From Emiliania huxleyi CCMP1516 (Eukaryota): a stretch of 64,000 nt of DNA. Location of the stretch: contig NW_005201286.1 of NCBI RefSeq assembly GCF_000372725.1, positions 124,001 through 188,000 on the forward strand. Reading direction: 5' to 3'. The notes under the pieces were generated by a model. That model ran no database searches and had not been told where the DNA came from. It saw only the letters and a list, made by a program, of their open reading frames with translations. Position 1 is the stretch's first letter; each line of letters opens with the position of its first letter. Position numbers and translations under genes: made by a program. This document shows, in pieces, positions 57,066-64,000 of the stretch.

Positions 57066-59918
57066 ATGCCCGTCGACACCGCGGTCGACACCGCGGGTGG
57101 CGGCGCCGTCGCCGCGGAGGACGGCGGCGGCGGCGAGAGCGGCGTGGCGGCGGCGGGCGACCACAGCGCCACCGCAGGCCCTCGGGCTGAGAAGCCCCGC
57201 TTCCAGAAGGACGAGCATGTCGTCTACGCGAGTGAACACCCGGATGCGGACGCCGTCGTGCTTGAGGTCCATGCCGACGATTCGACCGAGTACTAGGGTA
57301 CCCACTACTACACGATCATGCTGGAGGGCGCCGCCGGCGAGCGCCAGGTGCTTGAAGGCAGGCTGCGACCCACGGAGAGCGACGGTGGCGAGGCCCGAGG
57401 CGCGGCTCTGCACGACAACGCCAGCGACGCGGGCGGGCCGCGGCCAGCGGGAGGGGGGGGGGGTGGCGCTCGCCTCTGGGAGATGGACTCGATCCGTGCC
57501 CTCAGAGAGGCCCTGTCCCTGCTCACCGCGTCCGGTGCTCACTACGCGACCGTCGGCCCGTCCGAGCGGCTCGGGGTCTGCTCGCGGAGCTTCCCACTAC
57601 TAGCCCGCGCTCTGGAGGACAAACACAACCCGCCCCTTGGCTGCGAGGACTGCCAATGGAGGGCGGCGGACCTAGACGCGACCGGCGACTGCATGATTGC
57701 CGCGTGCGCATGGCAGCTCCGCAAACTGCTACCAGAGAGCGTCCTGATCTCGCACGGGCTGCTGTCCATGCGCCAGCGCAGGCCTGGGACGCCAAGCGAG
57801 CCAGCGACAGGCTGCGCAGGGCGGTGGCCGACCACCTCCAGAAGCCAGGAGTGCTGAGTCGGCAACCCCGCCAGCCTTTTGCCCCGCCTGGCCAGGGGGA
57901 CCCCACGACAGTGCGGAAGCTGCTGCTGTCGGTACACAGAGCCGGCTTCTCATCGGATGCGCCTATGAACGATACGCGCGACCTCAGCGATTTCATCCAC
58001 GGGGTCCGAACCAACGCGGGGGGATGCGATGGATTTCTACTGGGTGTCGCCGACCTCTTCGGCGTCCCGATTATCGTCGACTCCATCAAGTTCGACTCGG
58101 ACGAGCGGTGCATGGCGCAGATCACGTGGCCGACGGCGGCGGCGACGCCACAACACGTGCTCCACCTCTTCCTCCAGCACGACAAGCACTGCGTCGCCAT
58201 CGCCAGGGTGGCCGCTGCTGCTGACGGGCTGGGCAATCGGCACCTCAGACCGAAGGGGAACGCACCGCCGCCCCCGGCCAACGCGCCACCGGCCGCTGCT
58301 CCAGAAGCGGCGATGGACAGCGGCGGCGAGGAGCCCCCGGCGGACGACGACGAGGGGCCCGTGTGCGAGATCATCAACGACGGCGCCCCGGGCGTTCCTC
58401 AGATCCCCGAGGTGCTGTGCGCGTACCCTCCCGGAGATCGGAGGGACACACCCGGGGCTCGGTGCTCGCGCTGCGGGCTGCAGGGGCCGCGGGGCTTCGG
58501 GCTGGCAAACCAATCCAAGTCCTTCAAGGCGATGGGCAAGCACATGAACGAGGAGCGGCAGGTGCACCAGCTTGGCTCCGATGTGCTGGAGTCGGACCTG
58601 TACGACGCCGGAGTCTTTCCCTGCCCGGTGGAGGGCTGCGACGCAATAGCCTGATTCAGCACATCGAGAAGGACCACCCGCGCTGGGACGGCGTCGACAC
58701 CGCGGGCAAGAAGTGGGAGGGCGGGCGCTCCGAGTTCCTTCGCCACCTGCACCAGTCGGCCGCGGTCGGGTCGCCTGCTCACTACTACAACTCCGTCTGC
58801 TACAGGAGCAAGAAGCAGACGGCGGACGGGCTCCGGACCAACCACAGTAGGTGGGTTAAGACGGTCCAGCGCGCGGCCGCCAAAGAGGCCAGCGACGGAC
58901 GGAGCGCCGAGGAGCGCCTCAGGGCCAGGGCGGCGGCGGACGAGGCGCGGCGGGCTGCCTTCCGCGACCGCGGGTCGAGATACCACATATCGAGCCCGGG
59001 CATCAACTACGACTACGAGTGGCTCCGCCCTTGGGCCGATGATCCCCGACTCCTCGCCGCGGTTAACACCGTCCGCCTCCGCCCCGACCGCCGAAGTGTG
59101 CGAGGCGAGAGTACTACCACATGCTTTACCACGCGATGAAGTACCAGCGAGACAACATGTCCAACCGCAACTGCGCCCTCGGCATCGCTTTTCTCGCCCT
59201 CGCCAAGATGGTGACCCTCAACCATTTACGAGAGGGCGGCAAGGCACGCACGGGGCAGGAGATCAAGGGGCGGGTGCGCATGGTGATGCAGGGTGGCCTG
59301 GAGCGGCTGGTCGAGGAGATGCAGCAGGAGGCCGCCGAGGCGGAGGAGGCGAGGCGGGCTCGCGTGAAGCAGGAACGCGCCGCAGCAGAACAGGAGCAGC
59401 AGCGGCGGGCGGCGGCGGGCCTGCCGGCGACGGAGGGTGGCGGAGCCGGCCGCAGCGCGAAGGCGGGGCCTGACCACGACGCTCACCTCCTCGCCGTCGT
59501 CCTCAGCCTCGCCAACTCCGGCTACCTCTCAAAGGCCTGCGCGCGCGCTTTTCCACCAACCCGATCGCCGACACGGGCCTCTTCGACGACGGACACGCAG
59601 ACGGCACGCTCTCCGAAGAGCAGGCGCTGGCGCGCAACACGCTCCGCTCCCTCCATCCTCAACGAGACGGGCCGCCGCCTCCCAGCACCTTCGAGCCGGT
59701 ACCTGAGCCCCTCAGGCGGCGTGAAGCGCTACGCGACCAACTCCGCCGAGTACAGGAAGGCCTTCTGGGAGGTCTTCCACTCTGTCCCCAAGGCGCGCGC
59801 CATGTCCGTGGACGGCGTCAGCTACGAGGAGCTCGAGTTCCTGCACTACTCGGGCCCGGATGTGAGGGAGATCCTGTTCGACATCGTGGCCGCCCTTCCG
59901 GGCACCCCGTTTCGGTAG
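57066..59918 (+). mobile_element. Decayed 5' half of a CRE-like non-LTR retrotransposon: SH3-like module, OTU-like protease, two C2H2 fingers, start of the RT region
   Basis: In-frame stop at 57294 and several frameshifts; DATGDCMIAACAWQL...VADLFGVPIIV...LHLFLQHDKH; CSRC...MGKHMNEERQVH; CPVEGC...LIQHIEKDH; ANSGYLSKA and AMSVDGVSYEEL. Confidence 0.7.
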
Positions 59919-60286
59919 CCGTTTTGCATTTAGGGGTTTAAGCTCTCTCTCACAACAGGCACACGCCAAGTACCTTTATTTGCAGAAAATGCACAGGCCA
60001 AAAACAGACAGACTTTCTTTCACGACCGTCTCGACTCTCGTGTACTGAACTCACGGCTTCCCCTTCCTCACTGTCCCAACCCCCACGCCTCGACCTTCGG
60101 CTTTGGCAGCAGCACAACCTGCTCAAGATCGCCGTGCCCCAAATCCGACCAAAGGCTCCACCGCGCCGGAGCTCCACACAGCGCTGACGAGATTGGCTGC
60201 GGAAGCCTCCAGTCGAAACTGCGAAACAGCGAGATAACGCGCGCCCGTGTTCGAACCATGCGTGCAGTGTGCTCCCAAGCAGCTCT

Positions 60287-62233
60287 CTATGAGCGCTGGG
60301 CCGCCTCCGCCGCCATCCTGGCTGCCGCTGCCTTGGCCCTCGCCGTCGCCACCGACGCGCGCCTCGCCTTGGCGGCGGCGATTGCGGCCTCCATCGCCGC
60401 CTCCTCCGCCGCCAACGCAGCCTCTTCCTCCGCCGCGGCCTCCTCCGCCGCCTCCGCCGCCGCACTCCAACGCGCGGCCTCGGCCGCCTCGGCCTCGCGC
60501 GCCGCCGCAGCCTGCCCCTCCGCCGTCTCCTCCTCGCTCGCCTCGCTCGCCGCCTCGGCCGCCGCCTCGGCCGCCGCCTCGGCCGCCGCCTCGGCCGCCT
60601 CCTCCGCCTCCGCCTCCTCCTCCGCCTCGTCCGCCGCAGCGTCCAAGCGCGCAGCTTCGGCCACCTCTGCCGACGCCGCTGCCTGGCTCTCCGGCGTGAT
60701 GCCGAACCGGATCCTCTCCTCGGTGAGCGTCTCGAGAAGCAGGAGAAGCCTCGCCTCCTCGGCCTTCTTCGCCGCCTCGGCTGCGTCTGCCTCCGACGGC
60801 GCCTCGGCACCCTCCTCGGGCTCCTGCGACGAACCCGCCCCGCCCGCCCCGCCGCCCTGCTTCTTCTTCTTCTTGCCCTTCTTCCCCTTAGCGCGCTTCT
60901 CCGCCTCGACCTCCGCCAGCAGCTCCTCGGCGTGCCGCGCCGCCTCCTTCTCCTCTGCCGCCCTCTGCGCCGCCCTCTCCGCCGCTCCCGCGGCCCACGC
61001 CGCCTCCGCCGCAGCCTTCTCCGCCGCCTCCGCAGCCTTCTTCGCTGCCTCCGCCGCCGCCTTCTCCGCTGCCGCATGCTCCTCGAGGGCACGCACGCAC
61101 TTGGCGTGGCCCTCCCCCTTGGCCCACTGCAGCGCCGTCTTGCCGTACTCATCGCGCAACGTCATGTCTGCGCCGTGCCGCAACGCCAACTCGACCAGCT
61201 TCTCGAAGCCGCACGAGGCGGCGATACTCAGCGCGGTGCTGCCGCCTCTGGTCTGCAACGAGACATCCGCACCGCGCTGGAGCAGCGCCTCGGCCAGCCC
61301 CTCGCGGCCGTAGGCCATCGCGATCATCAGCAGCGTCATGCCGCTAAAAGAGCCGTCCGAAAAGGCGCACACGAACCTCTCGTCGACCCGCCCGTCGCCG
61401 TCGAGCCACGTCAGCACCGCCTCCTCGTCGCCTCGCTGAGCCGCTTGCACAACCTCTTCTGTCGGCTCGGCCTCCTTGCCACCCTCGCCGCTCGAAGCAG
61501 AGGCCGCGGCACTCGCACCCACCGCCGCGTCTCCGCCGCCTGCCTCGGCCGACGGCGCCTTGCTCCGGACCGCCGCCACCGCCCCGAGGTACGTCCTGAA
61601 GGCCTCGACGCACTCAGCGAGGCCCCTCTCCTTGGCCCACTGCAGCGCCGTCTTGCCGTACGCATCGCGCAACGTCATGTCCGCGCCCGCCCGCAGCAAG
61701 CGCAGCACGACGGCGGGGCGGTTGAAGTAGGCGGCGTGCATCAGCGCGGTGCCACCGTTCTCGTCTTGCTGGTCGATGTCCGCGCCACGCCGCAGCAGCA
61801 GGTCGACCACCCGCTCTTTGCCGCCCTGGGCAGCCGCTGTCAGCGTCGTCCCGATCTCCGCGCCGTGCTGCAGCAGCACGTCCACCACCCGCTCGCGGCC
61901 ACAGTTGGCTGCAGCGTTGAGCGCTGTGGTGCCGAGACTGTTCTGCAGGTTGATGTCTGCGCCACGCTTCAGGAGGAGCTCGACAGTCTGCACGTGCCCG
62001 TTCTGCGCGGAGAGGATGAGCAGGGTGCATGGAATTATCTTGCCGGCCTCAGAGGGTCCCTCAGCGAGAGTGTCCGCCTTCCCGCCTTCATTCAGCCACT
62101 GTCGCACCGGTCCCACGCGGCCGTCCGTAGCCGCCTTCAGGACGTTCTTTTGGACTTCACCACCCGGCGCGCTGCCAGCAGACGGCAGAGGCGTGCGGAG
62201 CACGGCGGAGGCGCGGAAGGGCGCGGCGGGCAT
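60287..62233 (-). CDS. Ankyrin-repeat protein with an Ala/Glu-rich coiled-coil tail
   Basis: Two ankyrin clusters, each ending ADMTLRDx[12 protein letters not shown]-rich tail. Confidence 0.88.
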   Translation of the reverse strand: MPAAPFRASAVLRTPLPSAGSAPGGEVQKNVLKAATDGRVGPVRQWLNEGGKADTLAEGPSEAGKIIPCTLLILSAQNGHVQTVELLLKRGADINLQNSLGTTALNAAANCGRERVVDVLLQHGAEIGTTLTAAAQGGKERVVDLLLRRGADIDQQDENGGTALMHAAYFNRPAVVLRLLRAGADMTLRDAYGKTALQWAKERGLAECVEAFRTYLGAVAAVRSKAPSAEAGGGDAAVGASAAASASSGEGGKEAEPTEEVVQAAQRGDEEAVLTWLDGDGRVDERFVCAFSDGSFSGMTLLMIAMAYGREGLAEALLQRGADVSLQTRGGSTALSIAASCGFEKLVELALRHGADMTLRDEYGKTALQWAKGEGHAKCVRALEEHAAAEKAAAEAAKKAAEAAEKAAAEAAWAAGAAERAAQRAAEEKEAARHAEELLAEVEAEKRAKGKKGKKKKKQGGGAGGAGSSQEPEEGAEAPSEADAAEAAKKAEEARLLLLLETLTEERIRFGITPESQAAASAEVAEAARLDAAADEAEEEAEAEEAAEAAAEAAAEAAAEAASEASEEETAEGQAAAAREAEAAEAARWSAAAEAAEEAAAEEEAALAAEEAAMEAAIAAAKARRASVATARAKAAAARMAAEAAQRS

Positions 62234-62439
62234 GACGTCTTGGCGGCTAGCGGCGGCAAGCGAGCCCAGCACGATGGGTTTTGCGGACCGATTTCTTTTT
62301 TCCCAATTCAGATCAAGCGGAGGCAGAGCCTCGTGGCGCAGTGCCTTCCAGTTGCGCTCCAAGTGCGCTCCAGTGGGCTCCAAGCTACTCGCCACGAGAA
62401 GGCAGCATGTGCGGCGCAACGGCGCACGCCCTGAGCGAG

Positions 62440-62887
62440 TTGGCCTGTCCGAGGGTTTCCTCTCGCACCCTACCTGGTTTCCTTTCCGTGTTTCCTGCTC
62501 GTTTCCCTACAACACCCTCTAGTTTCCTCGGGAAACCCCGGGGAAACTCCGTGGAATTCGTCATTTTGGGGGGGCTCTGAGCCGTGTCTGAGGCTGTTTT
62601 GGGGCCAAAATCGGCAAAATACCGGGTATTTTGCGGGTATACCTGGAAAACCCCGGTATACCTGGAAAATACCTGGGTATCGTGCCGATTTCCTCAATTT
62701 TGCCCCAGATTTTGCCCCAGACCAGCTCTCAGACTCAGGGAAACTCGCGAGTTTCCCGAGGGAAACTCGAGAGAAACAGAATGGAGCACCAAACACCCTC
62801 TGGTTTCCCTGGAAACTTCCGGAAACGCAAAGTGCTGGGGACCCTCTGGTTTCCCTCTGGGTTGCCGGAAACCCTCGGACAGGCCAA
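62440..62887. mobile_element. 448-bp hAT-like MITE with 21-bp perfect TIRs, 8-bp TSD and an internal ~150-bp palindromic segment
   Basis: TIRs ttggcctgtccgagggtttcc and ggaaaccctcggacaggccaa; tgagcgag at 62432-62439 and 62888-62895. Confidence 0.93.
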
Positions 62888-63046
62888 TGAGCGAGGCGTC
62901 GCGGACGCGGTCCATCCAGTGCTTTATTTATCGATGGCGATCTGAGCGACACGATGACACCGTTTGTCGTGCGGCAGGCCGCCGGCATGTCCTCCCAGCT
63001 CCGCCTGGCGAGAGGGAAAGATCAAAGAAAGAAGAAAGCGCGGCAC

Positions 63047-63197
63047 GGACAACCCAAGGCAGGGATGCCGGGATGGGAGGACGGCACGCCGCCACCACAC
63101 AGCTCACAGGGATTTTAAGAAGAGGTGTGTGGTGCGCTATCCGTCGCCCACCCTTGCGCCTTGGGCGTCTGCCTCTTCCTATCTCTCTTCGCAGTCC
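63047..63197 (-). repeat. Inverted copy of the 56873-57002 repeat
   Basis: Reverse-complement similarity with small insertions. Confidence 0.9.
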
Positions 63198-63531
63198 CTA
63201 GAGGGAAGGCAAGCGCCAGGAGGACGAAGAATTCTTTTTGCCCCCCCCCCCCCTCTCTGACGGAAAGCGCGCGCGAGATTTCTTTTTTATGGCTGGAAAG
63301 AAAAGGGCGAAGAGTAGTTGTCAAATTCACCCATGGGTTTCTTGCCGTCGTCCCTGGGCACTCCCAGCGGAGTCCGGAGGAATAAAATCGCGCCGGGACG
63401 CGGGAGAAGGTTTTTTCCCTCTAGCCCGATGCCGCCGATCATCCGGCCCGCTGGGTGCGCTTCTGCCTTCTCGCAGCTCCCCGGCCCTGGGTGTGAGGTT
63501 GCCAACCGCACTCCACACATTGGGCTACAAC

Positions 63532-63608
63532 TAGGTAGGTAGGTAGAAAGGTGAAGAACAGCCAGGCTCGGACTGGACACCAACGCGGTATGGGTGGACG
63601 CTAGACAG
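63532..63608 (-). repeat. 61-bp module plus (CTAC)n tail, copy of 31154-31214
   Basis: Exact 61-bp identity. Confidence 0.9.
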
Positions 63609-64000
63609 ATGATGACGACACGCACGAGCGACACACAGACACAAACAAGCTCACAAGACACACAGCCAGCGGGCTGCCACACACCCTGAGTCGGCTTACA
63701 CATAACTCAAGGCCATACATATCCTCCCTGTCGCCCCCCCCAGCACTCCACGGTGCCAAGAGAAACAAACAAGGGCACAACGACACAACAGACGACAGGA
63801 AGTGACATGCGAGGCTAGAGCAGGCTTGCTCTACCTCCAGCAATCTCTCCGGCCGGCGAGGCACGGACGAGACCGTGTGTGGGGTCTAAGTGAGGTGTCT
63901 ATGGACGCTCTCCTCACGGGCTAGCTGCCTGCGGCTAGCCCTATCTCGCACTCACGGGCAGTGACAATTCAATGGGGGAGTGTTTGCGAGCAGAGGCGCG

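Noticed and set aside
1..64000. tRNA or rRNA genes
   Set aside because: None recognised by eye; a covariance-model scan would be needed to exclude them.

Overview
A very GC-rich eukaryotic window with short, often GC-AG introns that are full of 10-11-nt minisatellites. The style strongly suggests a haptophyte such as Emiliania/Gephyrocapsa huxleyi; this is inferred from composition and intron style and not confirmed by search. About 25 protein-coding genes can be supported. They include a paraoxonase-like beta-propeller, a LOG-family protein, a dienelactone hydrolase, three ankyrin-repeat proteins (one with a U-box), a MATE transporter, CPSF73, an ER-type UGT, a short MAD1-CTD protein, a large GlmS-like GATase-II/SIS protein, a hotdog thioesterase, a homeobox protein, an FN3-repeat protein, a SNF5-like protein and a DnaJ protein. 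Mobile DNA comprises a Ty1/copia remnant with LTR copies, two MITEs with clear TIRs and TSDs, a decayed CRE-like non-LTR element with an OTU-protease-like domain, and several dispersed 3'-end modules with tandem tails. The most interesting candidates are: (1) a single-ORF receptor with signal peptide, extracellular LRRs, a multipass membrane region and a cytoplasmic HET/TIR-like domain, a possible algal immune or cell-death receptor; (2) introns that contain an internal copy of their own spliced exon-exon junction between minisatellite arrays, suggesting intron gain by duplication or templated repair; (3) an esterase fused to a clavaminate-synthase-like oxygenase, head-to-head with a second hydrolase. 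Splice sites and family assignments were read by eye and are unverified.
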